From: Octopus sinensis | Lineage: Eukaryota | Reading direction: 5' to 3' | Assembly (NCBI RefSeq): GCF_006345805.1 | Contig: NC_042997.1 | Span: 135,284,001 to 135,348,000 of the forward strand | DNA length: 64,000 bases | Shown here: positions 1 to 12,180 of the stretch, in pieces | How positions within the stretch are numbered: the first letter of the stretch is position 1 | Layout: each line of letters opens with the position of its first letter | Notes under the pieces: generated by a model | Told to the model about the DNA's origin: nothing | The model's input: the letters and a program-made list of their open reading frames with translations, nothing else | The model's database searches: none | Translations under genes and position numbers: made by a program

Positions 1-1259
1 TTTACAATATTTTGAGGAAGGGATTGAAAGACTGTGTATGACCAATTTGTTTATTGAAAGTCATGAGAATTTATTTGCCACAAGACAATTTATATAATAG
101 AAAATATTTTTATTGTATGTGTCCTCCTTCTTTCTCAATAACTGCCTTCACACGCTTCCTGAAACTTGCACAGGCGTTCTTCAAATATTCGGGAGACAAC
201 TTCTCCCATTCTTCTTTAATAGTATCTTTAAGAGAGTTGACATTGCTGTGTGATGTTCTATTGGTAGCATGTTCTAAAACGCCCCAAATAGCATAATCCA
301 GAGAGTTTAGATCTGGGCTAGAAGTCGGCCATAAACATGATTCAAAAAAATTGCTAAAGTTGGATTTGCAAAAATCTTGTATTTCTTTTAGCTGTGTGGG
401 CTGGAGCACCATCATGTGTCCATACATAATTACCATCTGGGTAGTTTGCTTTAAGCCATGGCAATACCTCGTATCTCAGAGTCTTATAGTAAGTATTAAC
501 ATTGATCTTTTCATCAGCTTTGTAGAATTTTATGAGCATTTTCTTTCCATCGGAAGCCACAACACCAAAAGCCATAACTTGAGCAGGATCTTTTGTTTTG
601 AATGTCCCCTTAATCTCAGCTCTTGATTTTGCGATAAATCTGTCATTTCTGCGGTTCAGAACAACATCGGTAGTGAAGATCTTTTCATCTGAAAAGATCG
701 TTACAATGGAGGACTTTTTCTTGAACCATGTAATAATTTTCTTGCACCTCTCCAAACTCTTTTCCTTCATAGCTGTTGTCAACAAGTGTTTTGGTGTTCT
801 TGTGTAAGATTTTAACCTCAAATCATATTTTACAGCATTTCTAAAGGTCTTGTTGTCTACCTCAAGTTCAATTGCAATTTTTCTCATGGATTTGGTTGGA
901 TCCTTTAAGATTTAGGATTTGAGAGCTTTGGTAGGTTTTTGTTGATTCCTCAACTTCCAGACTTCCTCGTAATAGTTTTGCTCATAGTCATTCTATTCTT
1001 TACATTATAAATAGTCTTTATGGACACTACAACTATTTTAAAAATCTCCTTTGATGTGACGAGTGCATTCAGAAATCACACACTCTTTGACTTTTGCTTT
1101 CCTGAATAATCATATGGGCAAAAGTTTCTGAAAAGGTAAGGATAATAGTGTTAGGTATGAGTATGACATCAATATATGCTAGGTTTCAAAACAATTGACT
1201 TAGTGCCTCCTGAGAAAAAGCAACTTAACGTTCATTGTAAATTTTGCTTCCCCACCCTG
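1..1259 (-). mobile_element. Tc1/mariner superfamily transposon, maT-like (DD37D), decayed; left end runs just outside the window
   Basis: ORFs 354-887 and 110-436 join through a 1-nt frameshift: IFSDEKIF...HDGAPAHTAK-EIQDF...WPTSSPDLNSLDY. This gives 37 residues between the 2nd and 3rd catalytic D. The terminal repeat at 1234-1259 (attgtaaattttgcttccccaccctg) is followed by TA, and the window starts with tttacaat, the reverse complement of its inner part. Confidence 0.9.
110..887 (-). pseudogene. Frameshifted DD37D transposase
   Basis: DDD motifs FSDEK, HDGAPAH and SPDLNSLD are split over two frames; the N-terminal HTH region is degraded. Confidence 0.88.
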
Positions 1260-2029
1260 TATATGTGTGTGTGTTTGTATGTATATATATTAATAGAAGT
1301 GTACTGTATTATATATCTATTATGGCTGATCTTACCAATCCGTTTCGCATTAGGAGGTCACCGGAGCGTTAGATAACAGTCCGATTATGTAACCTCTGCT
1401 CCCCAGAGCTAGTCATTATGAAATAAAATATGGCAACTGTTCTCTATTGTTGGAGGTGAATAGACACATCCGGATTGTTGTTGCTGTGAAAAAGATGATG
1501 GAACGAATCGAGAAGGGGATTCAGTTAAAAACTATTTCCCTTGGCACGAAAATATCGTCTCTGGGGTTGATTTTGTTGCGATTTTTCTGGAAAAGAGTTT
1601 GTGGGAAATGTGTATGTCTTTAAGTTTGGTGATTTTGTGGAAATGAATCGTGTGTAGTTGTACTATATGCATAGTCTATATTCGTTATTGCGTTTCGTGT
1701 ACTTTATCTTTTAATTAAATTCGTGTAGTGGTACTATATTTATAGCCTGTATTCGTTAGGGCGTTTCCTTCCTTTTATATTTTCGTTAAATTCGTGGAAC
1801 ATTTATGTATACGTGTGATGTGCGTAGGGGTTACGATAAGTGTGGGAGCTTATATTGCGCGTCGTGGAAAAAGTGTATTGGATGGAGTGTCCGTCGTGCA
1901 GGGGCGTGTGTGGTTGTCTCTGGGTGCGTTAGTGTATGTTCTGATTAGACTCTTTGCCGGGCTCTCAGGTAATAGTAGAGGGCCGAAGCTGGGGGACTGG
2001 TGATTATAGTCATGAAGGGGCATGCATGT

Positions 2030-2635
2030 ATGATAGAATGTACTTCCTTTCGTGTGAGCAAAGATTAAAAATTTCAGTTTTGTCATTCAGATAAATGCCT
2101 GGGTGCCGGGATGTCTTTAATATCGCTTTTTTCTCAGCCAGGCATAATCTGCATTACCTGCTCCTATTGATGTACGCTTTACATTTCTCTAGACTTTCTT
2201 TCAATGACCATACGTGCTTGGCCAGGGTTATGGCGTTACGTCTCTTCGGAATGTTAAAGGAAGGCTTGTGGTTGTTATAGCGGTTCTGAAGGGGAGTTAA
2301 GTTGCTCCCACGTGCTTTCGCATATTTGGTTGCCTATTTGGCCCTATTGTTGTCACCTCTGGCATATATACGACGGTCTCCGTGTTTTAGTGGCCGTTCA
2401 GTGGACATGTTGTATTACCCCTACCTGAGCATCCTGCCTCTATCTCTGGTGTGGACCTACCTACTAAAATCCTATTTGCAATGGGTGCACAGGAAATTCT
2501 CAGGGAGTGTCTATAAAATATTTTGCTGAACCTATTTGTACGGGGGACGTTCTTGTCTACCAAGCTCAGGAAAATCTTTTCCACTTTAGTTTTAACACCT
2601 AAACAGAAGGGCGGTTGTAAACCACAGCACTTTCC
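2030..2635 (-). mobile_element. Penelope-like element 3' fragment, GIY-YIG region (Naiad-like), decayed
   Basis: Manual minus-strand translation: PPFCLGVKTKVEKIFLSLVDK...KIFYR...CPLNGH*...TVVY...RYNNHKPSF...TLAKHVWSLKE...CRLCLAEKKAIL...LNDKTEIFNLCSH. This is colinear with the protein at 11503-12180. Confidence 0.8.
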
Positions 2636-2642
2636 GGTGGCA

Positions 2643-2730
<88 letters not shown>

Positions 2731-2740
2731 ACACACACTT
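2643..2740. repeat. (CT)n(AT)n(AC)n compound microsatellite
   Basis: Directly visible. Confidence 0.95.
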
Positions 2741-2850
2741 ATGTAATATATGTGTATATGTATTAACTATGTCATAGAAAGGTATTTGATTCTGAAGATA
2801 TCTATAAAACAATTCAAATTGTATTTTCCAGTCAGCAATAAAGAGTAAAG

Positions 2851-3176
2851 ATCCCCTTCGGTCATGAATGGTCATGGGATTGCACCTAAAATATTCCCCT
2901 CCGATGTACAAGTACGGCTTAGGTTGTTTATGGAAGACCAGCAGTAACCAATGCATACCAGCCTCTCATCTCATGTCACTGATGTTATCCAAGAGAAAGG
3001 TAAAAGCCGATACAGCGTGGCACTAGTGATGTCACAACTCATTTCTACAGATGAGTGAACTGGAGCAATACGAAATAAAGTGTCTTGCTCAAGAGCACAA
3101 CACACAGCCTTGTCTGGGAATCGAACTCACTATCTCATGATTGTGAGCACGACGCTCTTGCCACTGAGTTATGCGC
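2851..3176 (-). mobile_element. tRNA-derived SINE with CORE-like domain
   Basis: Minus strand has an A box (tcagtggcaagag), a B box (gttcgattccc), then tgtgctcttgagcaagacacttt...ctcatctgtagaaatg, which resembles the CORE domain. A homologous copy lies at 29446-29773. Confidence 0.8.
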
Positions 3177-3467
3177 TCTCCCAAGTTAGTAATATGTTTT
3201 AAACCAGTCAGTAATATGTTTAAAGAATTACTACAGTTACATTAATTTTAACACCGTTTAACTACAAATAATAAGGGATGTTTTTGGCAAGGGAGATTAT
3301 TTAGGCAAATAAAATAAGAGTTTTCTCCCTTGGATAAGACTGCTAGTATTTCAATTATGCTTTTTATGAACTGTGTAGAAAAACTAGTAAAATGCTAACA
3401 AGTGTTATCAACCACTTCCATACATTAACGGAAAATAACATGAAATAACATAAATAGCATAAATTTG

Positions 3468-3885
3468 AAGGCGGCGAACTGGCAGAAACATTAGTACGCC
3501 GGGCGAAATGCTTAGCGGTATTTCGTCTGCTGTTACGTTCTGAGTTCAAATTCCGCCGAGGTCAACTTTGCCATTCATCCTTTCGGGGTCGATTAAATAA
3601 GTACCAGTTACACACTGGCGTCGATATAAACGACTTAATCCGTTTGTCTGTCCTTGTTTGTCCCCTCTGTGTGTAGCCCCTTGTGGGCAGTAAAGAAATA
3701 GGTATTTCGTCTGTCTTTACGTTCTGAGTTCAAATTCCGCCGAGGTCTACTTTGCCTTTCATCCTTTCGGGGTCGATTAAATAAGTACCAGTTACGCACT
3801 GGAGTCGATATAATCGACTTAATCCGTCTGTCTGTCCTTGTTTGTCCCCTCTGTGTGTAGCCCCTTGTGGACAGTAAAGAAATAA
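3468..3885 (+). mobile_element. tRNA-derived SINE head followed by a 184-bp unit in tandem (two copies)
   Basis: Head aaggcggcgaactggcagaa...gttctgagttcaaattcc is also at 59550. Units start at 3517 and 3701 (ggtatttcgtctg...agtaaagaaata). Confidence 0.85.
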
Positions 3886-4007
3886 GGAAAATAACATCAA
3901 TCATTAGTATATTTATGACGTTAATTAACTTAATGGGTGGAATACAAATTATTATTGAAGTCGCGATCTTGATACAAAACTTAATACCATTTATCTTTTA
4001 TCTTCTA

Positions 4008-4210
4008 CGTGTTTCGGCCATTTGACTGCTATTATGCTGGGGCACGGCCTTGAAGACATTTAATCGAACCAATCAAACACAGTCCTTATTTTCATTAAGC
4101 CTGGTGCATATTCAATCATTTTCTTTTCCCTATTAGCTAAGTTACAGAGGCGTGAACACAACACTAGTTGTCAAACGATGGTTCGAGACAAACACAGAGA
4201 CGAACACACA
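4008..4210 (-). mobile_element. SINE 3' portion (family also at 35935, 38435, 43241)
   Basis: tgtttcggccatttgactgc...gctaagttac...gttgtcaa...gacaaacac matches the other copies. Confidence 0.75.
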
Positions 4211-4284
4211 CACATATACACACACACGCATTTACACAGCCTACCTATTCGTTTAGATTATAAGTGAACTAACCCCTCATATTC

Positions 4285-4427
4285 GTTATATATATATATG
4301 TGTGTGTGTGTGTATGCATGTATGCATATGTATATGTATGTATATATATATATGTATGTGTGTGTGTGTGTGTGTATATATATAGATAGATAGATACATA
4401 CATACATACATACATACATATGTATAT

Positions 4428-4470
<43 letters not shown>
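4285..4470. repeat. Compound (TA)/(TG)/(TAGA)/(TACA) microsatellite
   Basis: Directly visible. Confidence 0.95.
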
Positions 4471-4472
<2 letters not shown>

Positions 4473-4904
4473 AATATGAGGAGTTTAGCTCACTTATGAT
4501 CTAAACGAATAGGTACGCTGCGTAGGTGCTATACTTGGTCAACCGTTTGGTTCCATGTTCACAACTGAGGTTGGAGCTAGGGATTAGTAGAAGGCTTCCG
4601 AGTTAGCAGATCTATATTAACGAAAAATGGGCAACAAAGCCAAAGCAGGATGAGTATCTCAGTTCATTTAGAGCGTTTAATATGAATAAGGTGAATGAAA
4701 AGGTGAAGTAGACGTAATTAATGTCTTACACCTGTTTCTGGGACATCTCAGGTGATGGGTCAGCGTCTTTATACACTGGTCATTCTGTCATCATAGATAT
4801 TAAAGACCTATATACATAACTTGTCTGGAACTTTCGTACATATTCACTTAATCTCTGATGACGGAATACTCAGTGTATGGAGACGCTGACTCATGAACTG
4901 GGAT

Positions 4905-5470
4905 ACCCCAGAATGTGAAGGCTCAGAATTCACATTCGAACAAGAAGAAAAATTCTCAATTAAGACCAACTTACATGTGCTTTCCAGAACCTTATCAATG
5001 TCCTAGCCTGCTCAGGTTGTGGCCACATTTATGTGGACCAAACGGGCCTTACGTCGAGTTATGCTGCATAAGGAACATATTCGTTTTCCTGAATACAGGT
5101 AGATAGCCCTAAGCGAACATATCGACAGATGCGCAAGAAATTAAACGCTGAATTTCCATATCTTACCATTATACCAATGCAAAGATCCAATCTCCTTACA
5201 AGAACGCCTAAACAAGGAAAACCTGTTAATACAAAAGTACAGACCACACCTTAATATACAAACTTGAGAACCTGATCCTTACACATTCGTCTTTCAACAA
5301 TTATACAAGGGAGTTAGTTGTCCCTCCTGCCACCTGTTGCTTCCCTTCGACCACTCTCTAGACCCATTCTTACTTTTCAAGCATCCAAAATGGTGAGACC
5401 CCTTTGTCAGAAGAATTGATTACTTCACAATGTCCCTTAAAAGGCTAATTTAAATAGCGAAAACCGGTTG
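4905..5470 (+). mobile_element. Penelope-like element 3' fragment (GIY-YIG with CCHH, Neptune-like) plus 3' end
   Basis: Frameshifted translation: TCA-SRNLINVLACSGCGHIYVDQTG...LHKEHIR...LSEHIDRC...RLNKENLLIQKYRPHLN. It is homologous to 56738-56923 and ends at a (TA)n tract. Confidence 0.75.
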
Positions 5471-5511
5471 CATATCACGACATCCATAATATATATATAT
5501 ACATATATGTA

Positions 5512-5554
<43 letters not shown>

Positions 5555-5639
5555 TGTAATATATATATATACATACATATATATATATACATATGTGTGT
5601 GTGTGTGTGTATGTGTATGTATACACACATACACACACA

Positions 5640-5861
5640 CAAATATATTCCAAAATATTATTTTGGTATTTATGGGAGCAACTGTTTTCGAAGACTCATA
5701 TTGTTGTTGATTGCTCGAAATGGCGATTAGATAAACAGCCGACAACTGATGAAGGGTCATTCTTTGTATTTCTTGTACTTTTCCCTCTCGTTATTTGTGT
5801 ATTTAACTCGTTTATTTTCGTATGTTATGTTGCTTACTGTTGGTGAGGTCCTGTACCCGTA

Positions 5862-5865
<4 letters not shown>
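5640..5865 (+). repeat. Interspersed repeat, probable PLE terminal segment (family also at 63085-63340 and 63450-63600)
   Basis: Shared ttcgaagactca...ccgac..ctgatgaagggtc.ttcttt...cctgtaccc..atatgcatata; every copy ends in (TA)n. Confidence 0.7.
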
Positions 5866-6282
<417 letters not shown>

Positions 6283-6310
6283 TAAATGTAATTGTAGTAA
6301 TTATTTGGTA

Positions 6311-6377
6311 GCCATAAAACTCTGAGTTTCGGATGCCGAGGTGGAAACCCACGCCAACATCTCTTCAGTTATCCGGC
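6311..6377 (-). ncRNA. Type I hammerhead ribozyme motif, slightly decayed
   Basis: Minus strand: ataa-CTGAAGA-gatgttggcgtgg gttt ccacctcggcatcc-GAAA-ctc a gag-TT-ttat. Long stem II, palindromic stem III (ACTC-A-GAGT), GUU cleavage triplet. Confidence 0.7.
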
Positions 6378-6643
6378 CATCGGAGAAATGCTATGAAAAT
6401 GATCTTTATACAAAGGGAAATTACTGTGTGATTCACCGTTATTAAGACAAAAGAGCTATTTGAATGATCAGTAAGTGAGGAGAGGGAGTAAATGTAAGTG
6501 GGTAAAAAAGTTCATCGTATTTGCGTAAACGCGCATGTCCATACCTACACATGCGCGCCCGCACATCCACGTGAATGCGCCTAAAAGTATACACGCATCC
6601 ACCCTCACTTGAAATGTACACATCCTCACCCGCACCATTCGCC

Positions 6644-6696
<53 letters not shown>

Positions 6697-7830
6697 TGTA
6701 TGTATGTATGTATACAAACCCACACACACGCGCATCAAAAAGGGTTCATGCACACGTCTATATACGCACAACCACAAGAAAAAACCAGTGCTAAGCGTAA
6801 CAATACAGAAAAAATCTGTGAGGGAATATAAAAATAAGCAAAAAGTAAACCACGTCTATATGCGCACATACCCGTATGCACGCACACACACCCGCGCATA
6901 AAAAAGTTCATACGGGTATGCGCGTATATAGCATTCATGGATTACGTTCCGGAGGGCTAACTGTAGTGGAATAGCTACACTTTAATATTGCAGTGTTCTG
7001 AATCAGAAAATAACTACAGTTTTCTCTGCCGCATTGCTTGTTCTGTGTATTAAATACAAAATGTTAAAACCAGTTTAACTTTTGAGCTCTGCACTTGCGA
7101 ATTACAAATATCTGGCTTTGCTATAATTCAAAACCTAGTTGGCCTTTTCCTTTTTCTGAGGCTAAATCATTATTGATTTTCCTTCCTCTTCTCCACTTTG
7201 ATATTTTCTTACTAGCATCTAAAATTTCAAACATACATAACATCTCTGATCTTGTCACAAAGCCACTCACAGCACCCATATTTTTACAGTAATTTACATA
7301 TACTGCAATTCATATTTAAAATGGCACCCTCGTATCCACATACGTTAAACTGCTATGGGCTGCTTAGATGTAACCTAATTTGCCATGACATCTAAATATT
7401 ATTTGGTTATAGAAATAAGCTCAAGATCACGACCACATTTCCAGAATTTACCTTTATATTCTTATTATGTACCTGTAATAAAATGTGTTCTATACACAAC
7501 TTTCTAAATGACATTTTGTTCCTTTACTTACAGAAAATCACATAATTTCTTTCTTAATTCAGAAGAAAATATGCGCGGTATTAGGATATGAAGCAAAGAA
7601 ACACTAGATATTCCTTGCTACTGTTATTAAGGTGTGATATCCTATAATTCAAAACTGGAACTAAATTTGGGCTTGTGTTTGAGTATTTTAACGTTAATTT
7701 GTTCAATTTTCTTTCTATATAGATTTATATATAGCATTCCATACACATTAGTTTATCTCTGTGATCGAACAGAGTACAATCATAATATAGAAATATCATA
7801 GAACAGTGAGCTCTGACTCTCATGAAATTT

Positions 7831-9500
7831 TCAAATCAAATCAAATTAAATCGTCAAATCAACTTTATTGGCAGAAGAGCACAATGTGCTTAAGCCATGT
7901 AAAAAAAAGTTATTGTTATATACAGTTTTATACATAGTCGCCATAGTTGTCCAGAGCCTCTTTGAGCAGGGGCGTGGTGGGCAGTTGAAGGACATCTTGT
8001 GGTAACTTCTTCCACGGGGATGCGATACGGATGGAGAATGCGGCCTTCCACCTGTTGAGTTGAAAGTGTCGGGGATAGAGTTTGCGATCATGTCCATGAA
8101 GACCCCTATCCGGCACAGGGGGGAAAATTCGGCAAATAGTAGGTTTACATTCCCGTTGAAGATGTTGAAAGCCAGGATGAGATCTACCTAACCCTATCCT
8201 CCGTCTTTCGAGTGAAGCTAATGCCAGACGTTGGAGACGTTCCTCATACGTAAGCTTAGACAAACTAGCGACCAGTCGGGTGGCTAAGCGCTGAACCCGT
8301 GAAGAAATATGAATTTGAGGCCAGGATGCAATATTCGAGCATGGGTCGAACTAGAGTGACGTATAAAGGCCGAAAGACGTCCATTGAAAGGTTGACAAAG
8401 GACCGGCGGATAAGGAAAATATTCCTTCTGGCTTCGTTCGCCGCCTCGATATACTGCCGTGTTGGTTGTTGCCGAGATCCTTTTCTTCAGTGACCATCTT
8501 AAGATGTTGGTATTTGAGGCCAATAGCCAAGTGAGAGTTTAGAGGTGAAACTATTGGCAAATGGCTACATGTTGAGGCGTTCAAGAGCAGATCGCATTCT
8601 TCCGCTCAATTCCAAGCTCAGTTCAGCAACGATTGGAGAATGTCGTATTGATTCCTAGGCGAGACAAGTTTGACGTCGTCTGCAAATGGAGGGACTCTTC
8701 CATCAAGAAAATCTAGCAGGTCGTTGATATAGAGAAGAAAAAGTATTGGCCCCAGCATCGACCCCTGGGGAACGCCGCTGCAGACATTCGTTACCCCGGA
8801 GAGATCTCCATTAATCTGCACCCAAAATGTTCGATGGCTCATGAAGGAAGAAATCCACGAAGTAACTAATGGGGGAATCTATCATGCTTGAAGTTTACGC
8901 AAGAGAAATCGGTGATTAACGGAGTCAAACTCCTTTGAGAAGTTCAAAAATAACCACGTCCACTGAATCTTTTTCATCCATGGTCCTTGTAACCCACTCT
9001 TCAAGAAGGAGAAGATTTGTTAGGCAAGATCTTCGGGTTAGAAATCCATGCTGCGAGTCTGATATAGCATTTGAAGTAAGGAGATTTCTTGAGAATGGTC
9101 TCCATGACTTTGCAGAGGATGGATGTAAAACTGACCGGTCGGTAATCAAGAGGGTCTTCCTTGCTGCCCTTTTTGATTATTAGACATACGGTCACTTTCC
9201 TCCAGTCTTCTGATACATTTCCTTGTTCAAGTGAAAGATTGAAAAGAGATGCCAGAGGAGCCGACAGGATACGTGCTAGGACACGTAGAACAGCTTGATG
9301 GAGACTATCTGGGCCGACGCTTTTGTCACGATGAAGTTTTGAAAGGACAATATAGACTGCATGGGCTGAGATTGTGACTGGTGGCATCGGTTCGATTTGC
9401 CGGTCTGATATCAGCGACTCACGCCCATTCGGTAGATTGAAGAGAACATTGCTGCAAAGAGTGAACTTTGTAAGGCGGGACAACTGGAAGATTCCTTTTT
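7831..9500 (-). mobile_element. CR1/L2-group LINE, 5'-truncated, decayed reverse transcriptase
   Basis: KSVGPDSLH, DYRPVSFTSILCKVME, QHGF..RSCLTNL, SGVPQGSMLGPILFLLYINDL, FADDVKL, EKDLG, LTYEERLQRLALASLERRR. The 3' (TTTGA)n tail is at 7831-7851. Confidence 0.92.
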
Positions 9501-10046
9501 CCTTACGAATATTAGAATGAGCCTCAAATTTATTTACTTTAGCAAACGAACCGAATTAAACGTCAGCAGTCAGTGGGCATAACTGAAACAGTCTCGAAAC
9601 CTTAGATTCTTTAATGGCTACTCAAATTAATAGCTTGTGGGATACTAATTTCTTCTTACCAGATGCTTGCTAAAGGGACAAAATATTGCTGGCTCTAATC
9701 ACAATTGAAACTGAAATAAGTTTAGAGAAAACATTACTATCGGAAATGTATGCTCAATCATTGAAAATATATGTTTCGATTCAGATACGTACAAATAAGT
9801 ATGCAAAATTCATTCTCAAACCTGATTTTAAAGTCAGTAGTTGTAGAAGAAGAAGAAGAACAAGAAGAAGGATGCTTTGTAGAAAGGGAGTTCTTCATCT
9901 TATATAAACTAGACGTGTCTGTGAGTATTTTCTTTTCACGCGAAAACGGCTGCGCGAATTGCTTCCATCCTTGGGATGCATGAATAATTTGAACTCGTAA
10001 ATAGGGTCTTTAGCTTATTTTTTATTAAAAATAAATAATATTGCTT

Positions 10047-10091
<45 letters not shown>

Positions 10092-10124
10092 CTTTATTTT
10101 AAGCAGCAGAAAATTCAACAAAAT

Positions 10125-10162
10125 CTGTTACTCTGAGTTTCTCGTTGCCGTTCATCAGACAG
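10125..10162 (-). ncRNA. Type I hammerhead ribozyme motif (left arm)
   Basis: Reverse complement of 13195-13232. Confidence 0.7.
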
Positions 10163-11153
10163 TTTTTGCTAGAATGGAACATATATATTAATTCAATCTA
10201 TACTCTTACAAACGCTACACCTTTAAAAAGAGATGGACTTGTTTGATTGGCCCTTTAGAAAAAACGGTCAATCTTCAAGCGATAAACAAAAAGGTCAAAA
10301 ATATATGTATATATATATAAAAAAACTTATAAAAATTATAAAATCCGAGGAAAAAACCGAGGAAAAAACCTATTGCCGTTAATGAAGACAGTACAAATTA
10401 ATGCATAGAAATTAAACCTGTTATAAATACTGCAATACATATTTATATTAAAATCCACATATATATATCAACATACACAAAAGGATGCGCGTAAACGCCA
10501 TACATACATATACAGACGTATGAATATGAATCTAAATTATACACATAAAAGCATGTGTACATATATTCACGCAAACCGTCGCGCACGCAAGCTAAAATTC
10601 ATCTATGTAGCAATTCTCATATACTGAGCAAGGAGGGGGAACGAAAGAAAGGGAAAGAGAGAAAAAGGAACGAAGGAGGGGTGGGGAAAAAACTTGTACC
10701 GATATTATTGGCATCTATAGAGGCCAGTATACATACACAAGTTTGAATTGATACATATACATACCGTCGTGTGTATGCGTGCTTAAGCACAAGCATACTT
10801 TCACTTACACATACACAGATACGCATGCTTACAAATACATATGCTTTGCTATACACAAACTTATATAAACATTCTAAATTTGACAACATTGCTTTTTTTT
10901 AAAAAAAACATTGCTTTTAAAAAAATGGGTGCATTAATAAAAATATATACGAAAGACATATAAAATAAAATATAACATCCTATTTTGGTAATATAAATAA
11001 TCAAGGTAATCTTAAGCAATACAATAACATGAAAACAAAGTTTGTAGGTTTTTCCTAATATATATGTAGAAACAATAAGACTTTGCTATAGGTCCGTCGT
11101 AGCGCTCAAGAGTCAAAATCAAAATCAAAAAATCAAAATACAAAATATATACT

Positions 11154-11504
11154 CTATCCATATGGTATATTTATATTCGACATTTTAAATTTAGCCGCGT
11201 GCCTACATAAGTTCATTAACTCACTTCTTTGATTCAAAGAATTATTGTCTTTGAATAATATGTGCATTTTCTCTAATAAGCAAAGTCTGCACTTGAAATT
11301 ATATTTGTAAGCTCCATGCCTGTATGGTGCCGCCCTGTCCAGAATGCTCCATGTCACGTTGAAAGGTGGGGCTTCCTTTTCTTTTAGTTCCCAGACATAT
11401 TTTGCTAGGCTGGTTTTCTTCCTATTCTCTGGGTATTTAAAAGAATTCTTATGAGAATAAAATCTTGTTTTAAATGAATTTTCTGAAGCCCCTAGGTAAG
11501 TTTT
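11154..11504 (-). pseudogene. Inverted partial copy of the GIY-YIG C-terminus
   Basis: KTYLGASENSFKTRFYSHKNSF...CRLCLLEK...CRHAAKF, otherwise identical to the C-terminal half of 11503-12180. Confidence 0.85.
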
Positions 11505-12180
11505 GTGGTTCAACCCGGCTTTCAATTTGGCCGTAAAGACTAATATAGGTAAGGAATTTTTGAGATTAGTCTCTAAGCATTTTAAGCAGGGTCATAAATT
11601 CTACAGAATATTTAATAGAAGAACCCTGAAGGTTAGCTATTCTTGTTGCAGAAATTTCGCCTCTTACATTAGCCAACATAATAGGAAGCTAATTGAGATT
11701 AGACATGGTGCCGAGCCCATTAAGAAATGTAATTTCAAAAACGAAAGCTCCTGTCCGTTAGAAGGGAAATGTCTAGTGAAAGGAGTAGTTTATAGAGCCA
11801 AGGTGCAAGTGGAAGGCTCATCGGAATACAAGACATACACAGGGGCTTCAGAAAATTCATTTAAAACAAGATTTTATTCTCATAAGAATTCTTTTAAATA
11901 CCCAGAGAATAGGAAGAAAACCAGCCTAGCAAAATATGTCTGGGAACTAAAAGAAAAGGAAGCCCCACCTTTCAACGTGACATGGAGCATTCTGGACAGG
12001 GCGGCACCATACAGGCATGGAGCTTACAAATATAATTTCAAGTGCAGGCTTTGCTTATTAGAGAAAATGCACATATTATTCAAAGACAATAATTCTTTGA
12101 ATCAAAGAAGTGAGTTAATGAACTTATGTAGGCACGCGGCTAAATTTAAAATGTCGAATATAAATATACCATATGTATAG
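11503..12180 (+). CDS. 5'-truncated but open PLE linker + GIY-YIG endonuclease frame (Naiad-like)
   Basis: WFNPAF..KTNIGKEFLRLV..HF, C-N-(F)-x5-CPLEGKCL, VVYRAKV...YTG, KTRFYSH, CRLCLLEK, CRH. 225 codons without a stop; no RT present. Confidence 0.85.
   Translation: MWFNPAFNLAVKTNIGKEFLRLVSKHFKQGHKFYRIFNRRTLKVSYSCCRNFASYISQHNRKLIEIRHGAEPIKKCNFKNESSCPLEGKCLVKGVVYRAKVQVEGSSEYKTYTGASENSFKTRFYSHKNSFKYPENRKKTSLAKYVWELKEKEAPPFNVTWSILDRAAPYRHGAYKYNFKCRLCLLEKMHILFKDNNSLNQRSELMNLCRHAAKFKMSNINIPYV

Noticed and set aside
1335-1385. Hammerhead at the distal end of the 2030-2635 PLE (minus strand)
   Set aside because: GAAAC...GTA is present, but the core reads CTAACGC and stem II does not pair.
3468-3885. 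CRISPR-like or tRNA gene interpretation of the repeats and SINE heads
   Set aside because: Eukaryotic context, identical units without unique spacers, and heads that have A/B boxes but no full cloverleaf.
5746-5775. CTGATGA-aggg... as a hammerhead (also at 63225 minus and 63467)
   Set aside because: No GAAA follows a plausible stem II in any of the three copies, and the upstream GAAA cannot be arranged into a type II or III fold.
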